Assembly: GCA_038861545.1 (NCBI GenBank) | Contig: JAWCCZ010000001.1 | Coordinates: 128,001-192,000 of the forward strand | Source: Thermofilaceae archaeon | GTDB taxonomy: Archaea; Thermoproteota; Thermoprotei; Thermofilales; Thermofilaceae | Length of the DNA: 64,000 nucleotides | Direction: 5' to 3' | Notes under the pieces: generated by a model | Told to the model about the DNA's origin: nothing | What the model saw: the letters and a program-made list of their open reading frames with translations, nothing else | Database searches by the model: none | Shown: positions 1-9,900 of the stretch, piece after piece | Numbering within the stretch: position 1 is the stretch's first letter | Layout of the letters: each line of letters begins with the position of its first letter | Position numbers and translations under genes: made by a program

Positions 1-474
1 AGGAGATTTAAAAGCTGAGTACGTGAAGGCTGTTGGGTCTTTATCTCTGAGGGGGTCTTGAGAGCTGATAACATAATAGTCGCCGGTTCTTTAAATTTTA
101 AATCAATGCAAAGGGGATCGTTAGCATCTCTGGAGCATTTGAGGTGAAGAGGGAGTTGAAGGGGATGAAATCGGGCTTAAGCTTTCAAATGATTCCAATG
201 CTTTTTCATTAAGGGATTAAAAGTAAAGGTACTGAGAGCCGAGAGCAGTATTTTAAATCTTCATAGGTTTTTCAGTTTAAAGAATAAGCGGCCAAGACTT
301 CGCGTTAACAGAGTTGAAGCCGCTAAACTAGTTATTGAAGATGTTATTATTGAAGATTACGTAAAGGCTGAGCAGGTTATAATAATGGGCAACGGGGATA
401 TTAAAGGACATGTGGAGGGCGAAATAATAAAAAAAGTAGGAGATGACCATTCCACGCCTGCATTGCACAGTTAA
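1..474 (+). pseudogene. Bactofilin-like (polymer-forming cytoskeletal, beta-helix) gene remnant, 5' end outside the window, multiply frameshifted
   Basis: Manual translation gives segments in shifting frames: GDLKAEYVKAVGSLSL / EGVLRADNIIVAGSLNF / INAKGIVSISGAFEVKREL / DEIGLKLSNDS / IKGLKVKV...VIEDVIIEDYVKAEQVIIMGNGDIKGHVEGEIIKK (208-474, TAA at 472-474). The Gly/Val/Ile periodicity is typical of bactofilin beta-helices. Confidence 0.6.
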
Positions 475-511
475 TTTAACCTCCGCAGGGTAGAATTAAT
501 GGTGGAATTAT

Positions 512-781
512 ATGAAGACTAGAAGCGTATGTTACCGTTTCAGGGTTGTTGTACCTAGACGAGACTACAAGCGCATCAAGTGGATCGAGGATGTCATTAA
601 AAGCGGAGTAGCGAGCTCTCTCTATATGAGTGTGGATACTCTTTTCACTGAACGAAGAGATCTAGACGTGATCGAAGTAGCTTTCACTGTTGAATCTGTT
701 GAGCAGAGAAGAGAGTTGGAAGCCCGGCTAGCAAGCAGTCTTAGGGGGAGTATCGGGTTTTTCGTAGTCCGCAAGGTTTAA
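512..781 (+). CDS. Hypothetical protein (small alpha/beta, ACT/ferredoxin-like pattern)
   Basis: 89 aa ORF with GGTGG upstream, convergent with and abutting the next gene; no recognised motif. Confidence 0.6.
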   Translation: MKTRSVCYRFRVVVPRRDYKRIKWIEDVIKSGVASSLYMSVDTLFTERRDLDVIEVAFTVESVEQRRELEARLASSLRGSIGFFVVRKV

Positions 782-1083
782 GCATGGCCTAGTATTTCCG
801 ATACCAGTCTCTCCGCTTCCTTAAGCGTACCCACGTCTTTAAGCCTAATAATAAGCTTACTTGGTGCTACATATGTTAGCGAGTTTCCCTCGTACTCGAA
901 TTTCACTAAAGCGTCACCAAGCTTTAACTTAACCTTAGCTTTTTTCCTAAGAGTGGTTAGAACGTCCTTTTCCTTGCTAGGTTTAATGAGCGCTAAGTAT
1001 GTTCCGCTAGTTTGACACACTACATCAAACTTTTCAAAGAATTCGTATACTTGTTCATTAATTGAGGTACCTGCGTGATCCAC
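778..1083 (-). CDS. Hypothetical protein
   Basis: 101 aa ORF with protein-like composition; the C-terminal strand-strand-helix pattern loosely resembles a TBP-like half domain. Confidence 0.6.
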   Translation of the reverse strand: MDHAGTSINEQVYEFFEKFDVVCQTSGTYLALIKPSKEKDVLTTLRKKAKVKLKLGDALVKFEYEGNSLTYVAPSKLIIRLKDVGTLKEAERLVSEILGHA

Positions 1084-1138
1084 AGCTAAACTTTTAACTT
1101 GAAGATAAAAATTTTAAGCACCATTATGAAATTCAACC

Positions 1139-1471
1139 ATGCTGTTATCTACGACTCACACGCTACCTGGCTATAAGATAGTCAGGAATCTCGGTATAGT
1201 GACCGGTATAAGTATTCGAACTCGAGGGATGCTCGGGCGGTTTATCGCTGGTATCGAGGCAATGGTCGGGGGGCGCTCTGAATCCTACATAGCCGAGCTT
1301 AAGAAAGCGAGAGAGGAGGCTATTCAGGATATGGTAGCGGCCGCGAGTAGGTTGGGTGCAAATGCCATTATCGGTATAGATTTCGAAACAAGCGAAGTTC
1401 TAGAGGGTTTTATAATGATAACCGCTACAGGTACAGCGGTAGTAGCTGAGCCCGAAACACGCAGTGCTTAA
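1139..1471 (+). CDS. YbjQ/UPF0145 family (heavy-metal-binding domain) protein
   Basis: Signature segments TTHTLPGYKIVRNLGIVTG...AREEA...GANAIIGIDFE...TATGTAV. Confidence 0.92.
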   Translation: MLLSTTHTLPGYKIVRNLGIVTGISIRTRGMLGRFIAGIEAMVGGRSESYIAELKKAREEAIQDMVAAASRLGANAIIGIDFETSEVLEGFIMITATGTAVVAEPETRSA

Positions 1472-1532
1472 TAATCTCTGAAGGAAATAAGAGTGATGCT
1501 GAAGGGTACCAAATCGGATCGGTGAAGAATAC

Positions 1533-3404
1533 TTATTTTTCTGAGTCAGCCTTGCGAATCCAGACTATCATTGATCCGGGTTCTCTGTTAGCCCACGCGT
1601 AGTAGGGAATAGCCGTAAAATCTGTTTCCCAACGCCTAGCTTTTACCTCGTTTAGTCGTGCGTAAAGCTTACCTTCCCATGCGCCGGCATCGGTTGCCCA
1701 AGCTTTTCCTTTAACAACAGTTATTCCTCCTAATAAATCGGCCCTATATTCGGCTTTAAGAGTGTCAGGTATTACAGCTAAGTCCCAAACATCATGACCA
1801 GGGTTGTCGACTTGTTCCAAACAGTAGATTAGGGGACCGTACCGTAGCGCAGCTCTACCGGTGTTGCATATAACATGCGGATGGGATTCCAGTAACATAG
1901 GTCCCATGTCAAACTTAATTCTAAGCAGGTCTCCCTCACTCCACTTTTTCTGTATTTTTGCATAGGAGCCTGAATGAACATGATTGAATTTTTCCCCATT
2001 TACCTCTATTTTTACGTTATAAGTCCAGCTGGGTATTCTTACGAAAATCGAAAAGTCGTCAATGTTTTGGGGTTTCACCTCTATTTCTATGAGTCCACTC
2101 CAAGGATACTCTGTACGCTGGATAAGCTCCACCGATCCTTCATGCATTTTAATATGTGCACTACTAGCCGCGTAGAGATGAACCCAGATACTCTGTTTAG
2201 AGGTTGTATAAATCATCCCAGGGACACACGCTATGAGCCTGGCGATGTTGGGTGGACAGCAAGCACACTCAAACCACGGCTGCCTTCTATGTTTACCCCT
2301 ATCTGCGAGAGGATTGACGTAAAAATAGAGATCTCCGCTTAGCGATATACCAGCCAAAGCGCCGTTATAGAGAGCAAGTTCCATAATGTCTGCGAATCTA
2401 GCTTCCCCACTCATCAACAGCATTCTCCAGTTCCACATAACGTTTGCGACAGCTGCGCAGGTTTCTGCATAGGCTCTCTCATTAGGTAATTCGTAAGCCT
2501 CCCCGATAGCTTCTCCTTCATGACGGGAGCCGACACCGCCAGTTACATACATTTTTCTTTCAACTAAATCGCGCCACAATCTCTCGAGCGCTGCTCGTAA
2601 TCCCGGATCTCCGTTTTCCATATAAACATCTGCAACCCCACAGCAGAGGTATAGAGCACGAACAGCATGACCAACGAGCTCCTGCATTTGCTTAAAGGGA
2701 ATATGATCTAGGTGGTATGGGCTACCTCCGATAAGTCCTCGCCCCCTTCTCTCAATAAAGATCCGCGCCAGTTCTAGGTATTCTTGTTTACCTGTCTCCC
2801 TGTATAGTTCAACTAAAGCCATTTCCACTTCGGGGTGTCCATCTACGCTTTCTGCTCGACTCGGCCCAAAAACTTCATAGATGTGATCGGCCAGCTTCAC
2901 TGCAGTGTCCAGAAGATCTCGCTTTCCGGTTGCACGATGTCGCGCTATTGCCGCTTGGAAGAGATGTCCGGCGCAGTACATTTCATGAAGATCGCGCAGG
3001 TTACTCCACCTGTCTTTTTCCCGCTCAAACGTGAAGTAAGTGTTAAGATATCCGTCAGCACCTTGCGCCTCTACTACCTCCTTTACCACTGTATCAACTA
3101 ACTGCTTCACATCTGTGCGCTGCTCATAAGCTAACGCGAAGGATGCCGCCTCTATCCACTTATACACATCGGAGTCATTAAAGACGAGTCCCTTAAAAGG
3201 GCCTTTAATTTTACCTGCAGCGCGTCGGAAATTATCAAGCCTACCGGTTTCCTCTAATAGCTTATATTGGGATGGAATAGTGACTTCAACTAAGGTGCGT
3301 AACCTTGGTGCCCAGAATGCATCGTTAAGCCTTACATTTTCTATCGGAACAGGGCTTAATAATTTGTGAGGAGTATTTTCAACGTTAACTATTACCGTTG
3401 GCAC
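1533..3404 (-). CDS. Glycoside hydrolase family 127 (beta-L-arabinofuranosidase-like)
   Basis: Motifs FNDSDVYKWIEA, HEMYCAGH, GHPEVE, GHAVRA, YAETCA, CACCPPN and IPYYAWANR. Confidence 0.93.
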   Translation of the reverse strand: MPTVIVNVENTPHKLLSPVPIENVRLNDAFWAPRLRTLVEVTIPSQYKLLEETGRLDNFRRAAGKIKGPFKGLVFNDSDVYKWIEAASFALAYEQRTDVKQLVDTVVKEVVEAQGADGYLNTYFTFEREKDRWSNLRDLHEMYCAGHLFQAAIARHRATGKRDLLDTAVKLADHIYEVFGPSRAESVDGHPEVEMALVELYRETGKQEYLELARIFIERRGRGLIGGSPYHLDHIPFKQMQELVGHAVRALYLCCGVADVYMENGDPGLRAALERLWRDLVERKMYVTGGVGSRHEGEAIGEAYELPNERAYAETCAAVANVMWNWRMLLMSGEARFADIMELALYNGALAGISLSGDLYFYVNPLADRGKHRRQPWFECACCPPNIARLIACVPGMIYTTSKQSIWVHLYAASSAHIKMHEGSVELIQRTEYPWSGLIEIEVKPQNIDDFSIFVRIPSWTYNVKIEVNGEKFNHVHSGSYAKIQKKWSEGDLLRIKFDMGPMLLESHPHVICNTGRAALRYGPLIYCLEQVDNPGHDVWDLAVIPDTLKAEYRADLLGGITVVKGKAWATDAGAWEGKLYARLNEVKARRWETDFTAIPYYAWANREPGSMIVWIRKADSEK

Positions 3405-3480
3405 AGGAATATATTTAGGCTTATAATAAAAGTTATACCGATAAAGCTAAAACTCAGACCTTTAGTTTAAGCTGAACAGT

Positions 3481-4245
3481 ATGAGCGATCAATGGGAGAA
3501 ACTTGTAGACGAGGCTAGGTCCACGCTTAGGAAATTCGAGGAACTGCAACTTGAGCTAAAAGATTACGAAAGGAAGCGCAGCGAGATAGTCCGCATGTAT
3601 TCTACAGGCCAGGTTTCCAAGGAAGTGTTCGATAATCTTGTATCAGATTTACGGGTGAAATTATTCCCTTTAGTTAAAAGCTACTTCGAGCTGAAAGGTA
3701 AACTTAGAGATTTAGAGAGCCAACTGCAGCTCACTGTAACCAAGCTCAGCGTCGAAACCAAAGCTGCCGGCGAACCCTATAGAGGTAGCTTTGAAATCGA
3801 AAGGGAACAAAGGATAAGACAAGCTTTAAACAGGCTCGGGGGAACACTTGAGAACGTAAGGGCAGCTTTAAAGGCGACGAACCCGGAGAACGAGCTGCGG
3901 CTTTTCGATGTCATACTTGATGAACTTGATAAGGGTGAAGGGAATACATGGAAACCAGCTATTAAGGAAGTTCTAGATGCCTGGTCGCGCATCCGCCTAA
4001 CTTATGCAAGTAGATCTGAGGAGATGGAGCGCCAAATTGAGCAACTCAATGACTCACTAAGGGAACTGGAGGTACGGTTCTTGGTAGGGGAGTTTGATAG
4101 GGCTGAGTATGAGACCCGGCGATCGGCCTTGGAGAGAGAAATAAGTGAACTGCGATCTCAATTAGAGGGTTTACAGGAGAGGCTAGAAGATCTAGACCTT
4201 ACAGCAGCTAGGTGCAGGAGGTTTCTTGAAGGGTGGTTAACTTGA
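3481..4245 (+). CDS. CdvA-like coiled-coil protein
   Basis: All-helical with heptad pattern. Two SHOCT-like motifs (YSTGQVSKEVF; FLVGEFDRAEY) are arranged as in the CdvA coiled-coil region. No PRC barrel is visible. Confidence 0.65.
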   Translation: MSDQWEKLVDEARSTLRKFEELQLELKDYERKRSEIVRMYSTGQVSKEVFDNLVSDLRVKLFPLVKSYFELKGKLRDLESQLQLTVTKLSVETKAAGEPYRGSFEIEREQRIRQALNRLGGTLENVRAALKATNPENELRLFDVILDELDKGEGNTWKPAIKEVLDAWSRIRLTYASRSEEMERQIEQLNDSLRELEVRFLVGEFDRAEYETRRSALEREISELRSQLEGLQERLEDLDLTAARCRRFLEGWLT

Positions 4246-6905
4246 AGATTCTGAAGCTGATTATCGGAACATTAGTGGGGTTAGCGCTGCTGACCGTTAC
4301 TATTCGATGCGAAGGTGGTGTAGGTGTTAGGGAAGTTGCGTTTTTTAACCCTTTACCAAGTACCTATAAGGGCATAGTTAACTTAAATCTTAACTTTGCG
4401 GAGGGAGAAGCATATAATGGCACTATTAGAGTGTTCGATGAGTTGGGCAGAGAAGTACCTTTTCAACTACTAGACTGTAGCCTATATACTTCAGGTTATT
4501 ATCGCAGCTGTAAACTTATGATTTTAGCAAATGTTCCAGGAATGGGGGTTTCTAAGTACACGGTAACATATCTTTCCTCACCCCCTCCCCTTAACGTTAG
4601 CATACAAGGTTTAATTGTTACTTTGAGTAACCTAACGTTAACGTTATTCAACGTGACGGGGTCTTATGTTGTTAATTTAACCGACGCGATTACGATAAAG
4701 GGTCCCGGCTACACGGCCATATTCAGTAATTTATCACTTGCACAGCTGAAGTTCGACGGTGTAGCGGCAAATTTGGTATACTACGACTGGCCATTTACTG
4801 GCTTCGTGCTAGCATCAGGAGAAAAAATTATAGCGAACGGTTATGATCTGAAAAACTGTAGTGTTTCGCTTGTAGTAAACGGGTCGTTAGTTTCAGTTGT
4901 AAAGCAAGTATGTCGCGGCGGAGGCTTTGAGCTTAGGCAAAACTTTACATTTACCGGTGTTACCTCAACTGTTAAAGTGGATTCATTACTTAGATTAACG
5001 GGTAACGGGACTCTATATTACCCTTACCTTAGGATCCCGGCGCTCGGAATAAACGAGGTTCAGGCCAATGAAATTTTATATACTCTAGAGCGTGCACGGA
5101 GCTTTGTTCCAGCGCCCAGATGGTTAGCGCTTAAAATCAACGATAAGTGGCTGGGAGTTCTAGTTAATTACACCTCGATACGCCTTAGTCAATACTTGGG
5201 AGAGCTTAATTCTACACTTAGAAACTTGTACGCTAACGAGACTAGACCGGCCATTAGATCAAAATACTTAGCGCAGATTAAGACGTTATCTAATATGTCA
5301 AGGCTTTTCCTAGCACGTGAAAGACTACCCGAGGCGAATCTAACAGCTTTACTTCTCGAGGCTGAACAGGTGAAGAGTTCGATGAACTATCATATTCTAT
5401 TATCAAATTTAACTTCGCTCATAGAAGAGCCTGAAGGGATTTCTCGCAGATTAATATTAGTTCCTGGAAGCGATTCCTTAAACGTAATTTACCAGGTTAA
5501 CCGAACTCCTCTTGAGATTAGAACGTCAGTATTGCTAGGCGTCTTCGAAGACCCAGATTCATGGGCCCGTTCACTTTTGTATAGTGATGCTATCGGTGTA
5601 ACCGCCTTCTACGCGCCGATAGCATCTCGCCTCACTGTTCCAGCTACAGCTTTTGTAGACGACATACTTCTTATTAGAGTCGATATCGTCCCAGCCCGTA
5701 CTTTGAAGAATGTAACTATTGAGTTAATTTATCCCAGAAACGCCTTCAAACTTCTAGAGGGCGCTGAAAACATTAATGTTACGGCTATTTCGGCACCTAA
5801 GTCATATGAATGGATTCTACAAGCTATCTATGAAGGTGTGTGGACTGTTAGTGTAAATGTCACTGGAGGGGGTGGATCACTGCTCGCTAGCAGAGAGGTC
5901 AATGTATCTCTTCCCTCACTAGTTCCAGGCTTTCAATTAGTTTCAAGGAGCTTTAATTTAACCGTTACATGCGTGGATCTTAACGGTAAACCCCTTAGCG
6001 GTTATGCTTTGAATCTTTATGACAATTCGACAAAGAAACTAATTTTCAGCGAATTTGTGAATGAAAGTGGACGCGCAAGTTTTCTAAACATAACCAGCGG
6101 AGTGTACGTCCTGGAAGTAACAGATGGCATATACAGCTCGATGAAAGAGTTATACGTTCTGTCTAACAGGAATGTGACGGTAACAATAGCTCGGGCTGAC
6201 TTAAAAATCTCAGTCGAACTCGAGGACGGGACTCCTCTCGTTCAAACTCCGGTTTATGTTAGAGATATTAATGGAAGCTTAGTATGCATTGGATTCACGA
6301 ATAGTAGCGGTGTCCTAACGTGTAAAGCTCTGCCACTTGGAGATTATACAATTTCGGTTCGCTGGCGCGGTGGAATTGCAGGCTATACAAGTGTCACGCT
6401 ACGTAATGATTCATCTGTTACTATAAGAGGGGTTGTTAGGCGGGTAACCGTAGCGGTATCGTTGGCTGGAAAGCCAGCAACTGGCGCTATAGTTGAAGTT
6501 TATACAGTTGGTGGATCTCCAGTAAGTACTGCGACTATAGATGAGAACGGCCTAGCTACATTCTACCTGCTACCAGGACCATATAAGTTCGTAGCTACAA
6601 AGGGTCAGTATACTGCGGGTAGGACCACCGACATTAGAGCCGAGCGTTTTGTTGAGCTGAAATTAGAGGTGTCCTTAAACTTATGGTTGCTCATCGTGGT
6701 CACCGTAGTTTTATGGGTTTTAACGGTCTATATATGGTATAGAAGGACTAGCTATATTTACAGAGAAAAAGAGAGGTACAGGCGTCTTCTCCAAAGATTA
6801 GAGGAACTTTACAGTAGAGGGGAAGTCGAGGAAAAATACTACTTAAAGCTCAGACAAGAATACGAAGAAAAATTAAACAAGCTGAGCCGGGTTGACCTCG
6901 TATGA
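4233..6905 (+). CDS. Large membrane-anchored surface glycoprotein with tandem Ig/carboxypeptidase-regulatory-like domains and a cytoplasmic SHOCT-like tail
   Basis: N-terminal signal peptide, many N-x-S/T sequons, repeats of the DxxGxPL...T.xxG...L..GxY type, a C-terminal TM helix (LWLLIVVTVVLWVLTVYIWY), then LEELYSRGEVEEKYY. Confidence 0.8.
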   Translation: MVNLKILKLIIGTLVGLALLTVTIRCEGGVGVREVAFFNPLPSTYKGIVNLNLNFAEGEAYNGTIRVFDELGREVPFQLLDCSLYTSGYYRSCKLMILANVPGMGVSKYTVTYLSSPPPLNVSIQGLIVTLSNLTLTLFNVTGSYVVNLTDAITIKGPGYTAIFSNLSLAQLKFDGVAANLVYYDWPFTGFVLASGEKIIANGYDLKNCSVSLVVNGSLVSVVKQVCRGGGFELRQNFTFTGVTSTVKVDSLLRLTGNGTLYYPYLRIPALGINEVQANEILYTLERARSFVPAPRWLALKINDKWLGVLVNYTSIRLSQYLGELNSTLRNLYANETRPAIRSKYLAQIKTLSNMSRLFLARERLPEANLTALLLEAEQVKSSMNYHILLSNLTSLIEEPEGISRRLILVPGSDSLNVIYQVNRTPLEIRTSVLLGVFEDPDSWARSLLYSDAIGVTAFYAPIASRLTVPATAFVDDILLIRVDIVPARTLKNVTIELIYPRNAFKLLEGAENINVTAISAPKSYEWILQAIYEGVWTVSVNVTGGGGSLLASREVNVSLPSLVPGFQLVSRSFNLTVTCVDLNGKPLSGYALNLYDNSTKKLIFSEFVNESGRASFLNITSGVYVLEVTDGIYSSMKELYVLSNRNVTVTIARADLKISVELEDGTPLVQTPVYVRDINGSLVCIGFTNSSGVLTCKALPLGDYTISVRWRGGIAGYTSVTLRNDSSVTIRGVVRRVTVAVSLAGKPATGAIVEVYTVGGSPVSTATIDENGLATFYLLPGPYKFVATKGQYTAGRTTDIRAERFVELKLEVSLNLWLLIVVTVVLWVLTVYIWYRRTSYIYREKERYRRLLQRLEELYSRGEVEEKYYLKLRQEYEEKLNKLSRVDLV

Positions 6906-9900
6906 AGGGTTTTGCCTTATTATTGGTAATACTTGCTTTCACAGTAATAGTTGTAGCTGAGCCTCAAACCCGATTCTTGGTGGTAGTGAAGGAGTATCCG
7001 AAAAACGAACCGGTTAAGGGAGTAATGCTCAATATGACTCTTCAAGTCGATGCAAAAACCTATAGATTCAGTATAATTACAAATCAAGTTGGAGCATGGG
7101 GTACTCAACTGGCAAGTGTACCGCGCGAGGTATATCTAGTGGATTTATCGTTTTCTCCTGCTAACTACACAGGATACTCATATCTCAATCCCTCTATCCC
7201 AATCCGAGTAGCGGATTCTCTAATCGAGGAACTTGACTACAGGGCTATGTTTGATCGTAGTTTGAATACTACTCTTTTCACTGGGTTAAGAATCCCGTTG
7301 CAGATAACTCAAGAGGGAAACCTGACAATTTTACGATGTGTTATATGGCTTACTCCTGGAAAACTTGTTAACGTTAGCATGTTAGACCCTATGACTCGTA
7401 AACCAGCAATGTTAACCATAAAGCCTGGTGTTCCAGTTACAGGGAGGCTTTTCTGGAGCACATACCTCCTACCCATCGGATACCCTGTTCTACTTACAGC
7501 CACTACTCCAATAGCTGGAGCTAAAGAGCTGAGGGTCTGGATAACTAATGACACAAAAACTCTTCCATGGACATATTATGCAGCCGAAGCCCTAATAGAA
7601 AACCAGTTGAGAGAAGTTATGGATTTGTTAAGGCAGCTTGAGTCGATAGGGTATTACACTGAAGACATGAGGTTAGACGTAGACGCCCTTAAAGCAGTTG
7701 CTCAGCAAACCCTCTTTCTCTTCAAACAAGGCAATTATACTTCGGCAATCGGAGCGACTCTGAGTCTTGTCAATGGAGCATCTTCGCTGAAAAGCCGGGT
7801 CAACAGCCTTTTTAGTTACTCTCACCTTGCAGCTTTAGGAATAATCATACTCACTCTAGCATTTGCTCACACTTTCTCGCTTCTAATGTTTGAACGTGGA
7901 CGAAAGCTACATGTTTTAAGGTTCATACTATTGTTAATTCTTCTTTCATTTTCTACTGCTACGTCATCTACGATTAGACTGGCAGCAGCTAGTTTACTGG
8001 GAACCTTAGGCGTACCGCTAGCTATTCTTGATGTACCTACTCTGATAGCTGCGACCGTTGTCATGGGTTTTTTAGCCTACGCGATATTCTTACTGCTTTC
8101 CTTCGTAGCCGGCCCGGTAAGAGGGTTCTGGCTTTATCTGGCTGTCCGGTACATTAAAGCAAAGCGTCTAAGATCAATATTAATTCTGGCTACTATGATC
8201 TTAGTTATAGCTTCAACTCTAGCGGTTTCCGGTTTTACGCTTGGGTCTACAGTAATTAGAAAAGAATGGTTGGGGGCTGGGTTTAAAGGGTTAGACGTCG
8301 AAGTAAATCTAATAAGAAAACCATACGGTTTAAATAGCTCAGAGATTGAATGGCTTATTTTCTCGACAGATGCTGTAGATATAGGACGTATGGCAATCAT
8401 ACCGGAGCGCTACCCAGGCGTTCTATTGGCTACACGTGAAGGCACAGTAGGATCCTCAATCATAACTAATTTAGTAGCTATTGACATAAAATTCGCTATA
8501 AAGAACTTCAACTTGTCGGCTCACGTCGTAGAGGGGAGACTACCACGCGACGGCGAACCAGAAGTAGTAGTTTCTAAAACCTTATCCAACATCCTAAGAG
8601 TTGGCGAATCTATATGGATTTTCTTCGCTCAGCCAAGCGTGCAAGGTCCGCCTATACCGGCAGGGCCTGTATGGGATGCACCAGTAAAGGTAGTGGGGTT
8701 CTTTGACCCATTATCGCTTAATTCAACTTTGGATCCGGAGCTTAGACCACTTTTCGGCGATTATCCCAGTGTAACCCTCATGTTAATAGCACCCTATAAC
8801 CCACTGGCTAATCGTCTTTCTACGAGTAGGGTTTGGCTTATCTCGGAAAACTCTACGGCTGTAGACCTGACCGCTCGGTTAACGTTAGCATCCTTGCCTG
8901 CCACGGTACATATCTTACAGGGGAAAAGAGTGATTACCTACGAACGCGCAACCCAGTTTTCCTTTAAAGGTACAGAGACTATCCTATTGCTAACTATCGC
9001 TGCCTTGATGAATGCTGCTGCTATGCTAGGCCACGCAGAGGATAGACGCAGGGACATGTATGTAATAGCTACTCTGGGGGCTAACCCCAAAAACCTGTTT
9101 TACGCTATGATGACAGAGGCTACCATAATTGGCGTAGTCTCGTCCTACATAGGCTGGGCAGTGGCCCCATTAATTATATATGTTTCTAGTCTTTTAGTTA
9201 TGCTGACAGGTGCTACACCAATAAGTTTTACACCGCTACCAGTGGAAAGCCTATTCTACGCAACTGCAGTAGGTTTAGCCGTCGTTGTGATCTCGGCTTA
9301 TATACCTTCTCGAAGAGTAAGTGGACTCTCCCGAATGGGTAGGGAAGAGAGGAAAGTAATATCGTCCAGCGAACTGAAGTTAGTTGACGGGATGGCGGTA
9401 TACGAGCTTCCGATAAGAGTCTCTGTCTTTGAAAGTGAGGCCTTATACAGGTATCTGAAGGAAATACTACCTAAGAAAGATATACTGAACGAAGAGCTCT
9501 ACCTTGACGGAACATTCGCTTTTGCGTTCGCGTTCTTCCCACCGCACATGAGGGGGTCTATGGTTACCTGCAGACTAAGAACTACTAAGAGGGGTGACAG
9601 TTTAACGCTTTTGCTAGAAGTTCCAGAGGAATTCAGGAGATACATGTACCTTAGCGATGTAATTTACGCTTTAGAGAACAAGCTCTTAGATTATTCCAAA
9701 TGGAGGGACAGCCAGTTCAGGTATCAGATATTGAGATATGCACCTAGAAGGGAGGCTCCAACTCTTGATTCATTGCTCGAAAGGGGTAGGGAAGCCATGA
9801 TCAAAGCACGCGAGATGGAGCTAAAGCTGAGGAGACTCGATGAAATGAAAGCAACGATCTCGGCTAGCTTATACGCTGACTACGAGAAAAAGTATAAGAG

